From Candidatus Sericytochromatia bacterium (lineage in GTDB: Bacteria > Cyanobacteriota > Sericytochromatia > S15B-MN24 > JAQBPE01): a DNA stretch of 57,263 bases. The DNA is taken from assembly GCA_040400605.1 (NCBI GenBank), contig JBBAPZ010000012.1:1-57263 (forward strand), read 5' to 3'. The notes below the pieces were generated by a model, which was given only the letters and a program-made list of their open reading frames with translations, did no database searches and was not told the origin of the DNA. Shown one piece after another: positions 47,318 to 57,149 of this stretch; the stretch's first letter is position 1; every line of letters begins with the position of its first letter. The position numbers were made by a program, and so were the translations under genes.

Positions 47318-50300
47318 TCAAGGGGCATATTGAAACACAACCTGGCGGGAACGGTTCACTTCCACGATGCGGCCTTGGCCTGCGTGATGCACCACAATGT
47401 GGCCATCGGGCAGCAACCACGCCGCAACCGGCGTGAGCATTTGCAAACCGAAGCGCCCCACGGTCGGCCAGCATTCGGCGTTGCCACCATATTGCCACGT
47501 CAGTTCGCGCTCTGGGTTCACTTCGATGACACGGTGGTTTTGTGTATCGGCAATCAAGGTGTTGCCATTACTGAGCCGTGAGGCGTGTTCAGGATGGGAC
47601 AGCAATCCCGGTTCCACGCCGCTGCGGCCCATTTGGCCGTAGAACCATACGAGCTTCCCTTGCGCATTGAACTCAAGCACGGTGTGGCCGCCCCAATCGA
47701 CAATCAGCACATTGCCGCCGGGGAGGAGTGTGGCGTAGGTTGGGGCGTACAGCGGTGTTTTGGCGCCGTCGAAACGCCAGACCAGTTCTGAGCGCTCATT
47801 GACCACCACAATGCGCCGGTTGGATTGGTCGGCAATCACGGTGTGGCCGTTGGTGAGGCGTTCCGCGCTACGGGGATTGGCCAGTGATTGCGATCCGGTG
47901 CCCAGTTTGCCTGCTTGGCCGAATTCCCAGATTGTTTGCCCTTGTGGATTGACCTCCAGAACACGGTGGTTGCCGGTATCGGTAATCAACGTATTGCCGT
48001 TGCGCAGACGTTTGACGTAGTGTGGGCGATCCAAGGCCAGTTGATTACCCAGGTGGGTGTTGAGTCCACTGAATTGCCACGTGAGCTGTTTTTGGCGATC
48101 CAATTCCCAGACGCGGTTGGACTGGCGGTCCGCATGCAAAAATCGACTCGGCAACTGAATTGGGGTTTCACTTTCGGCGCAAACCGTCAAAGGCTGACTG
48201 TTGGCTTTTGGGGCACCTTGGGTGAGTGTAACCGTGGTACGGGCAGAGACGTTGGGGGGGATCAGGTGGTATTCCCACACGATGTGCAAGTCGGGGGTCA
48301 CTTCGCACAAGCCCTGACGCCCGGCGATTAGCGTATTGCCAGAAGCGAGGCGTTTCACCAGGTGGGGGTCCCGCACACCCAGGCCGCCTTGAACGAGGCT
48401 TGGCTTGTAGGTCCAGATAATCTGCCCCAGGAGATCAATCTCCAGCACACGTTGATTGCCTGTGTCGGCGATCAACGTATTACCGTCCAGCAACCGGACA
48501 CTTGAACCAGGGTCATCCAGTTGATTCACGGCACTGCCTTGCCCGCTTCCCAAGCGATTCCCGGCATTGCCATACTGCCAAACAATGCCTTTAGTCACAT
48601 CCACTTCAATCACCCGATGGTTACCACCATCGGTGACCAGATAACGACCGTGGCCCAAAACATCGCAATAAACCGGTTTGAACAGACCCGTGCCGGAACA
48701 GCCCATTTCGCCGTGACTGAAGACGGCACGCCCTTCCGCATCCAATTCCACGATGCGATTATGCCCGGTATCCGTGACCAGGGTATGACCATTGGCCAGC
48801 CGAAGTGCATGGCGCGGGGCTTTCAACTTGGCGTCATCACGGGAATGCCAAACCGCCGTACGCTGGTTGGTCAACTCAACAACCCGATTACCACCGACAT
48901 CCACGACCAGGGTGTGGCCGTTGCCCAAGCGCGCGGCGTGGGCAAAGCCCGTGAATTGACGGGCCAATGTATCACCTTCCGGTTGGTACGACCAGTGCAC
49001 CATGCCGGTGCGGTCCATTTCAGCCACTTGGCGTTTCAGCGGGTTAATCAACAAAAAGCGATCCCCTGCCAGTTGGCCCCAGTCATCCGCCACGCGCGAA
49101 CGATGCGGCTCCCCCTGACCGGGTGACTTTGTCGTTGTTGAAACATTGACCACAGCACCAACCCGCACGGTGGCACTCGGCGTAACCGGCGGGGGCGGCT
49201 TGGGCGTGCCCCCTGTTTCAACCTGGACAAAGTGCTGTTCCAGCAGGCGTGGATAGCGTTCGTCAAGGAACGCTTCAAATTCACCTGGCGTCAGCGGCAG
49301 GACGACCAAGCGGGCATCTTGGGCCAGGTCTTTGGCAAATTGCAGCACTTTGGGATCTTGGGGTTTGGATGTTGCGACAATAAACTCCCCGTTTAATAAA
49401 TTGAGGGGCAAGCAATCGCGTTCGCGGATGAGCCTTTCTGGCAACTGCGCAACAATTGCGGGATTGATTGGCACCGTTTGCAAGGAAAGCAAGCTCGTCG
49501 ATTGCTCACCACGCACCTGCATCCGGGCCGCGGCCACATTCTCCCGGCTTAGCAAGCCCATTTCAACCAAGACATCGCCAAGATCCGGCGGTTCCGGACA
49601 CCACGTCGCCGGTGCGGGAAAACCCAACGTCAGAGGCATTGTTTTCAAGGTGGTTTGATGCACCAACCGATGCTGCCGGGTGCGATCAAACACCAGCAAG
49701 TGGTGACTCTCTCGTGTATCCGGCGCGTAAGCCAGCAAAAAGATATAAGGATCCTCGTCGGTGCCAACCAGCGCATTCAAGGGGCGATCGCCGATGCCTT
49801 TGCCCGGCAAATTGACCGTATGCTTCACCCGCAGGTCAGGCGCCGACAGCGCGATCATCCCGAGCTCGCTCGGTCCCTTCACAAAGCATACCAACAGACG
49901 TGTGCCGTCTGGAGAAAGCGTCAGCGCTCCCAAGGGCCCGGTCGGAAACATTTGATGCCGAACCTTGAAACTGGCGACGTCAATGATCGCCAGGCGCGGA
50001 GTCAGGCCGTCGGTGGCGTAAATTGTGCGGGCATCCGGTGAGATGACGCAACCGATGCCGCAGGTATGCCCTGCGGGCCGCAGTGCGATCGCCCCACGTT
50101 GCTCAAGCGAGGCCGTCAGCACCACATGCAGCGTGCCAAGCCCACGATTGACAGCGACGACAAACTCGCCGTGCGGCGCACAAATCAAATCCACCGGACC
50201 ACTGGCACCGGGTGGGTTCAGCCAGGGGCTCGGCAAATTGGATAAAGACGGACTCAGGCTGCGTCTTGGCTCCTCACCAATGTACAGAAACCCGCCACGC

Positions 50301-50701
50301 GCCGTAGGGATGAGCCCCAATCTCGGCGCATGATCAGTTGGGAACCACTTCCGGGAACCGGCAGGGTCACCCGGTTCAAGTATCAAAATGGCGCCATCGC
50401 AATAGCGCGTCCAACCAACAGGCTGAAATGCGCCATCACCAGGGTCACCTGCAACCAACTCGAGCGTTTTGATGGTCTCACCGGTTTTCGGCGAGATGGC
50501 ATGCAGCGACTTTCCATCCGCGCTGGGTACGAATGCAGCAGTGTGCGTGATGTGGTCAGGCGCATCGGCCTTGGCGAGGTGTTCACGGGCGTGTGCCAGT
50601 TGTTCCGCACCAATCAAGCCCTGCTGCAAGAGAAACTCCGCGAGGAGCTCCTGCGAGAATGGGCGCGCGTCTTGCGTGTTTGTTGGCAACTCACCCGTCA
50701 T
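47318..50701 (-). CDS. Large multidomain protein: split MshEN (T2SSE_N)-like domain, YVTN-like propeller, two NHL-like propellers
   Basis: LLAEFLLQQGLI..EQL and DLGDVLVEMGLLSRE motifs, MshEN_C-like LPERLIRE..CLP, SPDARTIY/SPDGTRL blades, and many PxxAxRLxNGxTLIxDxxNxRV repeats. Confidence 0.75.
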   Translation of the reverse strand: MTGELPTNTQDARPFSQELLAEFLLQQGLIGAEQLAHAREHLAKADAPDHITHTAAFVPSADGKSLHAISPKTGETIKTLELVAGDPGDGAFQPVGWTRYCDGAILILEPGDPAGSRKWFPTDHAPRLGLIPTARGGFLYIGEEPRRSLSPSLSNLPSPWLNPPGASGPVDLICAPHGEFVVAVNRGLGTLHVVLTASLEQRGAIALRPAGHTCGIGCVISPDARTIYATDGLTPRLAIIDVASFKVRHQMFPTGPLGALTLSPDGTRLLVCFVKGPSELGMIALSAPDLRVKHTVNLPGKGIGDRPLNALVGTDEDPYIFLLAYAPDTRESHHLLVFDRTRQHRLVHQTTLKTMPLTLGFPAPATWCPEPPDLGDVLVEMGLLSRENVAAARMQVRGEQSTSLLSLQTVPINPAIVAQLPERLIRERDCLPLNLLNGEFIVATSKPQDPKVLQFAKDLAQDARLVVLPLTPGEFEAFLDERYPRLLEQHFVQVETGGTPKPPPPVTPSATVRVGAVVNVSTTTKSPGQGEPHRSRVADDWGQLAGDRFLLINPLKRQVAEMDRTGMVHWSYQPEGDTLARQFTGFAHAARLGNGHTLVVDVGGNRVVELTNQRTAVWHSRDDAKLKAPRHALRLANGHTLVTDTGHNRIVELDAEGRAVFSHGEMGCSGTGLFKPVYCDVLGHGRYLVTDGGNHRVIEVDVTKGIVWQYGNAGNRLGSGQGSAVNQLDDPGSSVRLLDGNTLIADTGNQRVLEIDLLGQIIWTYKPSLVQGGLGVRDPHLVKRLASGNTLIAGRQGLCEVTPDLHIVWEYHLIPPNVSARTTVTLTQGAPKANSQPLTVCAESETPIQLPSRFLHADRQSNRVWELDRQKQLTWQFSGLNTHLGNQLALDRPHYVKRLRNGNTLITDTGNHRVLEVNPQGQTIWEFGQAGKLGTGSQSLANPRSAERLTNGHTVIADQSNRRIVVVNERSELVWRFDGAKTPLYAPTYATLLPGGNVLIVDWGGHTVLEFNAQGKLVWFYGQMGRSGVEPGLLSHPEHASRLSNGNTLIADTQNHRVIEVNPERELTWQYGGNAECWPTVGRFGLQMLTPVAAWLLPDGHIVVHHAGQGRIVEVNRSRQVVFQYAP

Positions 50702-50849
50702 AGCCACCCCATCCAAAGCTTGAACGTGCAATCATAGCGCTGTTCCGGCGCACGGTAACCTCCCTGATTGACACCGAAGCCGGTCGTCTGTGAGGAACCC
50801 CTTGTTGGGATTGAAAAACGTGTGCTAGGGGAATTATAACTGAAGGAGG

Positions 50850-51839
50850 GTGTTGTCGTTGGATCAGTCGCCGGAATCCCACAATAAAAAAGGTGATCCG
50901 CGATCAGGTTGGATGGATCGCGCCGTCCCGGAAGTCGTGCGTCCCGACACCACAACGCCCGAAAAAGGGGCTTGGGACGCCCCCGTTCCCGCATCCGACC
51001 CGGTGGTGCGGGCCGCCTATTCCCGCACAGGCGCCCTTCCATCCCTGGATGCCAGACCCGCTACACCCGGTACGGACGCCTTGGTGATTCACCGCAATCA
51101 CCGACAAGCCAGAGCCATCAACTTTGAAGTGGAAGGCATTCACTGGCGTGCAGGGTTCGCACCGGATCCTGGTCAATCCCCACTCAATCCCCATTATCTG
51201 GCCGCCACGCCGCCGGAAAACAATGTCTCAACGAGCACCGGCGTGCTCTTGCAGCCTGTAGAAGCCGCCTTGGAAAGTGTCCTGCGCGACCTCGTTCCCC
51301 CTGCCTTGCTCTCACTGGCAGATAACATCTTCGGCCCCAAGCGCATGCTGGGACGCTGTGTGCTTTACTACATTCCGACAGGACCCGGTGCGCAAGTCGG
51401 CATGATCGCCTGGTACATTGAAACGCCCATCGCCAAAGGTCATCTGCTTTTTTTACAGACCAACATCAAAAAAGCCAACCCCGCCATCATGGCTCAAATG
51501 CATCAAACCTTTCAAGCCTCACTCAAAGCCCGTGGCAGTGCACCTACCACGGCAGGCAGTTTCGATTTTTGGCGCGAACTATCCGATGCCTCACGCCAAA
51601 TCGAGTTTTCCCTGCGCCACGCCGGTTGGGACCAAAACGAATTCAAACAAGCCATCCAAAGTTCACGCAGTGCCGCCGAGGCTCGGCTTTATGATTCACT
51701 CTTGCAGGTTGGGCGTCTGTTGTACGATCTCCTGGAGACGTTGCTGGTCAAATGGCCACAACGCCTGATCGTCTGGCTGGTCATTACCACAAGTCGCGCC
51801 TTGCTCCTCCTGATTAAACAACCACCGCAACGTAAATAA
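50850..51839 (+). CDS. Hypothetical protein
   Basis: 329-aa ORF with GGAGG RBS, filling the gap divergent from the NHL gene; no recognised motif. Confidence 0.6.
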   Translation: MLSLDQSPESHNKKGDPRSGWMDRAVPEVVRPDTTTPEKGAWDAPVPASDPVVRAAYSRTGALPSLDARPATPGTDALVIHRNHRQARAINFEVEGIHWRAGFAPDPGQSPLNPHYLAATPPENNVSTSTGVLLQPVEAALESVLRDLVPPALLSLADNIFGPKRMLGRCVLYYIPTGPGAQVGMIAWYIETPIAKGHLLFLQTNIKKANPAIMAQMHQTFQASLKARGSAPTTAGSFDFWRELSDASRQIEFSLRHAGWDQNEFKQAIQSSRSAAEARLYDSLLQVGRLLYDLLETLLVKWPQRLIVWLVITTSRALLLLIKQPPQRK

Positions 51840-51873
51840 TCGCCCCAAATGGCGAACAGCACAGACCCCGTGG

Positions 51874-52146
51874 GCGATACATTAGCGCATCGGTTTCCGT
51901 TCAATTTGTGCGACAAACGCTAAAACATCAGGCCCCTCACCCCAACCATCAATTTTACTGATTGGACGCCGACCATCAGAACAAGACGCAAGCGTAAGCA
52001 GACCGTTTTCGGATGTTGCACGCGGCATGGCCACAACCAGCATTTAACGCACAATTCAGTTAATCTGATGGATGGCCTCTCACCTGCTGTTACTCAAAAA
52101 CAATGAAAATCTAATCACCAATCAACGCGTTTCCGTATAACGTCGC
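51874..52146 (+). repeat. Repeat family A, copy 4, interrupted by MITE B
   Basis: Left part GCGATAC...GTTCAATTTGTGCGACAAACGCTAAAACATCAGGC and right part CACCTGCTGTTACTCAA...AATCACCAATCAACGCGTTTCCGT match the other A copies. Confidence 0.72.
51942..52075. mobile_element. MITE family B, copy 2 (134 bp)
   Basis: Ends CCAACCATCA...TGATGGATGG; flanks CCCCTCACC / CCTCTCACC (9 bp, 8/9 identical); homologous to 28591-28723. Confidence 0.8.
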
Positions 52147-52403
52147 TTGCGACCTGCAGCTTGCGCTCGCTGCTCCCTCCTTACCAGATACAGCAAGCAG
52201 ATGGGACCAGGCAACAGGCACCCCGTTTCAACGGCAAACAGCACGAACTTGAGGTGGACCATTAGGTGTTATGACATACCTGTTGTGCTCGCTGTTCCAC
52301 GCTTGCCCAGATAAAATTAACCCAAAATCTGTCATAGATTAAATCATTCTTAGGAAAGGAATCTGAAGCGAGCCAGGATAACCCGGTATGATGGTTCAGA
52401 GGG

Positions 52404-52967
52404 TTGTGTGTGTTTTACAAGTGTTATTATCACCCCAAAATTGACGGACTGCATTCGTGTCAGGGTTGTCGCCTGCCAATTTGCGACGACTGCAGGAATG
52501 ATCTCAACTATTGTCCGGAGTGCGTGGAAAGGCAGGCAGCGGTGGCCCATTTGCGTTTGGTGCGACAGGCCCAAATGATCAGTGGTCATCACCATGTCAG
52601 TCGGTCAGGGCGTCTGCGCCTTGCCCTGCGTCAAGTGGGGGGAGGGCGAACCCAACAATTACAAATGGCAACGGCGATCCTGCATGGCGTCGTGGACGAG
52701 GCGCTGCCGCGTGCGGCCGCAGCCCGCACAGCGGCGCTTGGCAAGTCCGGGATACATGACGTGATGGCGAAGCCAAAGCAGCGTGTGAAGGCAATGCCGG
52801 ACGTGCACGCGGCAGTAACCGTTATTCCGCGCAGATTGGGTACGTTGATGGCATTTTGCGCCAGTATTGCCGTGCTGCTCGGGCTACTATCTGCGGGTCG
52901 ATGGGTGTATCATGATGGGCTGGAGGCTCACAAGCCGTTGTATGTTCGTCAGCGCCCCGTGCAGTAA
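52404..52967 (+). CDS. B-box-like zinc finger membrane protein
   Basis: CYYHP...CQGC..PICDDC...CPEC plus a C-terminal hydrophobic helix. Confidence 0.7.
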   Translation: MCVFYKCYYHPKIDGLHSCQGCRLPICDDCRNDLNYCPECVERQAAVAHLRLVRQAQMISGHHHVSRSGRLRLALRQVGGGRTQQLQMATAILHGVVDEALPRAAAARTAALGKSGIHDVMAKPKQRVKAMPDVHAAVTVIPRRLGTLMAFCASIAVLLGLLSAGRWVYHDGLEAHKPLYVRQRPVQ

Positions 52968-53036
52968 AGGCCCGGTTAAAAGGCGAGTGCCAATCGTTCG
53001 ATAGATCTTGGTCAAGTTTGAAAGTACCTCATTCAC

Positions 53037-54704
53037 ATGGCTCGAATTGCGCGTCTGCCGCTTCTAATCGCCAATCAGATCGCTGCTGGCGAGGTCATTG
53101 AACGTCCCGCTTCGGTGGTCAAGGAGCTGGTGGAAAATGCGATTGATGCCAAGGCTTCGCGCATCACCATCGAGGTAAAAGAGGGTGGCCGTTGGATCAA
53201 GGTGGTTGATGACGGCTTCGGCATTGCATCCGATCAACTGGCACTGGCCTTCGAGCGTTTCGCCACCAGCAAACTCCGTGATGAGGGTGAGCTGTGGAAC
53301 TTGACGACACACGGTTTTCGCGGCGAGGCGCTGGCAAGCATCGCGTCGATTGCAAAACTTGTCTGTCAATCGCGTGCGAAAGACGAATTGGATGGCGCAC
53401 TTATCGAAATTGCCGGGGGCGCGATCATTCGTTCGCGCGCGCAAGCGTGTGCGCAAGGTTGCAGCATCGTGGTCAGCGACCTGTTTTACAATACGCCGGC
53501 GAGGCTCAAGTTTTTGCGATCGCCACTCACAGAGCAAGGTCACATTTACGATGTGGTCTTGGGACTTGGTTTGTGCCATCCGCACCTCGATTTCAAGTTA
53601 ATCATCAACGGGCGCGAAGCCCTTAACACCATCGGGTACGCGACGCTCCGTGAGGTAGTGACCCAGGTTTTCAAGGATGTCTCAGCGGACCACTATCTCG
53701 ATGTCGCGCACGCAGATGCCTGCGGAAAAATCCATGGGATCATCACCAAGCCGGATTATGCGCGCTCCGACCGGGCCCGGCAATATCTCTTCGTCAACCG
53801 ACGCTGGGTCAGGCACGCACTGCTTGCCAAAGCGGTTGAAGAGACTTTTCAAGGCCATTTAAGCGCCCCAATGTACCCCGCTTTCACCCTGTTTTTGGAA
53901 CTGGATCCGCAACGTGTGGATGTTAACGTCCATCCAACCAAAAAAGAAGTTCGCCTGAATCAGACCCAGCGCACCCACTATCTGGTCAAAGAAGCCATCG
54001 CCAAAGCCCTCGGTTCCGCGCCCCCGCGAAACCATGCACCACACGAGGCGTGGACGAGCCGGCGCGTGGACTTGCAGCTTGCAAACGGTTCTGCGCCAAG
54101 TGGTCACGATGCTGCCGTTGAAGGGCATCCAGGCTTTTCACTCACGCTGCATACGCTGGCTTCCCTTCCTTGGCTGACACATTGGAAAAATCGTTACCTG
54201 TTGTGCGAACACCCTCACGGGTTGTTGATTATCGCTCGTCGGCACCTGCTGGAAGCCATCACCCGAGCAGCATTGACCCAACAACGCTGGCCATGGGATG
54301 GGCTTGATGAACCAATCGTGCTCCAGGGCACCCATGCGCATCACGCAACCCTCATCGATGACTGGAAGAACATGGGTATCCCCATCACTGTGCTGACGGC
54401 CGATTTGTGGCATATAGCATCGAAGCCTCAAGTCTTCGCCTGTGCGGCGTTTCGCCAGGCCATTCGACGCGCGTGGCGGCTGGGCATCGTGGCGGACGGC
54501 ACAGGTGCCAATCACGGGCAAGAGCCGCTTGTATCGGCAATGGCCCTCCAGTTGGAGACTGCGTGGCAGCCAGACACGCTGCGGCGCTGGCTTGATACCT
54601 TCGCGATGAACCCGGGTGATGGACCCGAAGCCCGACTGAGCGGTGTCCTCATTTTCGCCGATGATATCGCATCCCAATTGGAGCCCGACGACCACCCGTT
54701 ATGA
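53037..54704 (+). CDS. mutL: DNA mismatch repair protein MutL with degenerate C-terminal endonuclease motifs
   Basis: NQIAAGEVIERPASVVKELVENAIDA, GFRGEALASI, FYNTPARLKFL, DVNVHPTKKEV. Confidence 0.93.
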   Translation: MARIARLPLLIANQIAAGEVIERPASVVKELVENAIDAKASRITIEVKEGGRWIKVVDDGFGIASDQLALAFERFATSKLRDEGELWNLTTHGFRGEALASIASIAKLVCQSRAKDELDGALIEIAGGAIIRSRAQACAQGCSIVVSDLFYNTPARLKFLRSPLTEQGHIYDVVLGLGLCHPHLDFKLIINGREALNTIGYATLREVVTQVFKDVSADHYLDVAHADACGKIHGIITKPDYARSDRARQYLFVNRRWVRHALLAKAVEETFQGHLSAPMYPAFTLFLELDPQRVDVNVHPTKKEVRLNQTQRTHYLVKEAIAKALGSAPPRNHAPHEAWTSRRVDLQLANGSAPSGHDAAVEGHPGFSLTLHTLASLPWLTHWKNRYLLCEHPHGLLIIARRHLLEAITRAALTQQRWPWDGLDEPIVLQGTHAHHATLIDDWKNMGIPITVLTADLWHIASKPQVFACAAFRQAIRRAWRLGIVADGTGANHGQEPLVSAMALQLETAWQPDTLRRWLDTFAMNPGDGPEARLSGVLIFADDIASQLEPDDHPL

Positions 54705-54792
54705 CCAAAACCCGGCAACGCGGGTTATGCCAAGTGCGCGTGATGCCGACAACCGTCGCCTTCAAGTCGGGTCACACGGGTAACCCGGTGAC

Positions 54793-56127
54793 TTAATAGA
54801 GCCAGACCCCTTGAACGCGCGGGCCCCAAAACCCTTGCTCAAACGCGGCGTTAGTGCCACTGGCGGTATCACGCTGCCATTGCACGCCAAGATCCAGCGC
54901 AACGGGTCGCAGACCCACTCGCAGTGCCGCGTAAGCGCCAAATCGCGTCATCGGAAACACATTAACAACGCCCGGAACGGTCATCGCCCCCGTGAAATAT
55001 TGTTGCCACTCGGTCTGAAGCAGAAACGCCAGACCCTTCGTGATACCGAAACCCGTGCCGAGCCCCAAATGAAAACCGTATCCAGTCGAACCACTGGAGC
55101 CGTAACGGGTCAGCACCGCTGCGGCGGGCGCGGGCTCGTCTTGCGTTTGAATCGTGCTTTGGGCAAACACCGTACGCAAGCTTAAACCAGGCTCCACCAT
55201 CACTTCCCAGTCGTACGCAAGCGGGAGGCGTCCGCGCACGACAAAGCGCCCGTGATACTGATCCCTGCGATGCTCAAGCAAAGCGCCCGGAATCAATTCT
55301 CCCAACTCATCCACGCGGTAGGCCAAGCCACCACCACTTAAACCAATCCCCACGAAGGGCGTGAACATATGCATCCAATCGACGTGGCCAGCGATCGTGA
55401 ATGGCACCGCGACTCTCCAGGCCCCTGCCGGTTGGTTTTCCAGGAAACTGAGTACCCCGATACCGCCAAAGCGAAGCGCTGAGAGGAAAACACCGGCTCG
55501 CGGCGGCGTTGCCCGTGACTCCGGCGCACGGGTCGCCAACGAGGGTGACTCCTTTGTTGGAACGATGTCGCGGGGTAGCGGCAGTGGGCTCCGTGTGGGG
55601 CGCGGGAAGGGCAGCCACCGCGTTTGGAGCGCTGGATGCCTGACCGATTCCGGTGTAATGTGCACTTGCGGTCTTGAAGGGCTGGGGCGTTTGACAATGG
55701 AGCGGCGCGTCGAACGTGGCAATTTTCCCCGATAACTCAGACGCCAACCAGTCTGGGTGGCCGCGACACGCCAGTGTGTACCCCAAGGCACGCTCAAGCG
55801 TACCAGCACGACGGCATGACCCGATGGTTCGATGCGCCATTCCACCGATTCGAAAGGGGCATCGTGTTGATTGGTTCGCAGGTGAAAGGGGCCGCGACGT
55901 TTTGGGTCGCGCCACGCGAGGCTCAGAACCCGCGGGTCGTCAGTTTGGGTGATGAGCGGCGCAACCCGAACAGGCACCCCTTCGAGCAACAAGTGTTGCC
56001 CCGTGATGTCGTGGCGGCTGTGCCAGGGCACAGCCGCCTGTCCGAGTGCGGGCGTTGCCAGGTGAATCAGCCCCACGGCAACGACACACCACACACGCGG
56101 CCCACGTAACCAATCGACCATGCTCAC
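54793..56127 (-). CDS. Putative outer-membrane beta-barrel protein with periplasmic N-domain
   Basis: Signal peptide, Pro/Arg linker, amphipathic beta strands and C-terminal aromatic motif GVWLY. Confidence 0.6.
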   Translation of the reverse strand: MSMVDWLRGPRVWCVVAVGLIHLATPALGQAAVPWHSRHDITGQHLLLEGVPVRVAPLITQTDDPRVLSLAWRDPKRRGPFHLRTNQHDAPFESVEWRIEPSGHAVVLVRLSVPWGTHWRVAATQTGWRLSYRGKLPRSTRRSIVKRPSPSRPQVHITPESVRHPALQTRWLPFPRPTRSPLPLPRDIVPTKESPSLATRAPESRATPPRAGVFLSALRFGGIGVLSFLENQPAGAWRVAVPFTIAGHVDWMHMFTPFVGIGLSGGGLAYRVDELGELIPGALLEHRRDQYHGRFVVRGRLPLAYDWEVMVEPGLSLRTVFAQSTIQTQDEPAPAAAVLTRYGSSGSTGYGFHLGLGTGFGITKGLAFLLQTEWQQYFTGAMTVPGVVNVFPMTRFGAYAALRVGLRPVALDLGVQWQRDTASGTNAAFEQGFWGPRVQGVWLY

Positions 56128-56498
56128 GGTGCGTTCGCCTCGCCGACATTCGGAGCAGCACCAGGTTTGAGAAACACCAACGACGCAAAGGTCTCCTCGC
56201 CATCATCGATAAACACATCCACCAGGTACATGCCACTGGATAACGAAGCGGTGTTAAACTGCACGGTAAAATCGTCGTCCGGGCTATCATCAAAGGGCTC
56301 GTCAAAGCCTGGTTGTGCCCCGCGCAATCTAAAAACTGCCTTTTTGGCACCTGCAGGTGCCTGTAAACGCAAGCTCACCAGGCCATCTAAACCGGGTTGG
56401 GGCAGCTTATCTGATGCCTGGTTGGCGCTCAACGGGCTGAGTACACAAGCGTTCAGGCACGCAAAACCCACAGCGAGTGTCAACCAACGGGCGGGCAC
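56124..56498 (-). CDS. Small hypothetical lipoprotein (Ig-like)
   Basis: GTG 56498 after GGAGGAG; LNAC lipobox; FNTASLSSGMY beta-sandwich signature. Confidence 0.6.
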   Translation of the reverse strand: MPARWLTLAVGFACLNACVLSPLSANQASDKLPQPGLDGLVSLRLQAPAGAKKAVFRLRGAQPGFDEPFDDSPDDDFTVQFNTASLSSGMYLVDVFIDDGEETFASLVFLKPGAAPNVGEANAP

Positions 56499-57148
56499 GC
56501 GCGTGACTCCTCCCGTTTGGCGTAAAGACAGTAGTCCTTCAAGATGCACCCACCGCAGCGAGGTCGTTGTGCAACGCAACATTCGCGTCCGTGCCAGATT
56601 AACCAGTGGTGTGCCGCGGCCCACTTTTCTCGCGGAATGTGACGCTGCAGCTGAGTCTCGACCTTTTGGACATGATCAGCGCACGCCAGGCCCAGTCGAT
56701 TGGCGACCCGAAACACATGGGTATCAACTGGGATTGCCGGGATCCCAAAGGCATTGCTCAGCACGACATTGGCCGTCTTTCTGCCCACGCCCGGCAAAGC
56801 CTCCAACGCCTGGCGGGTTTTGGGTACCAGCCCACCATGCCGAGACACCAGCAAACGTGCCGTTTCCGATAAATAGCGTGCTTTGGCGTGGCATAAACCA
56901 ATTTTGGCAATCCAAGGTTGCAAGGACTCTGGTTCCTGCGTCGCCAACGCCTCAGGCGTCGGAAAGCGATCAAACAAAGGCCCCGTCACCACATTGACCA
57001 TCTTGTCCGTACTCTGCGCGGACAAGATGACCGCTACGAGCAATTCATAAGCATTGCGATAATGGAGCGCCGTTCCGCGTCCGCCATAATGCCGCTCAAG
57101 CAAAGCCAGGACAACACTGCGTTGTTCGGGGGGTAAAAACCGGCGCAC
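56480..57148 (-). CDS. nth: Endonuclease III
   Basis: LVAVILSAQSTD, HhH LPGVGRKTANVV, VDTHV and [4Fe-4S] CxxxxxxCxxCxxxxxC. Confidence 0.96.
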   Translation of the reverse strand: MRRFLPPEQRSVVLALLERHYGGRGTALHYRNAYELLVAVILSAQSTDKMVNVVTGPLFDRFPTPEALATQEPESLQPWIAKIGLCHAKARYLSETARLLVSRHGGLVPKTRQALEALPGVGRKTANVVLSNAFGIPAIPVDTHVFRVANRLGLACADHVQKVETQLQRHIPREKWAAAHHWLIWHGRECCVAQRPRCGGCILKDYCLYAKREESRACPPVG

Positions 57149-57149
57149 G

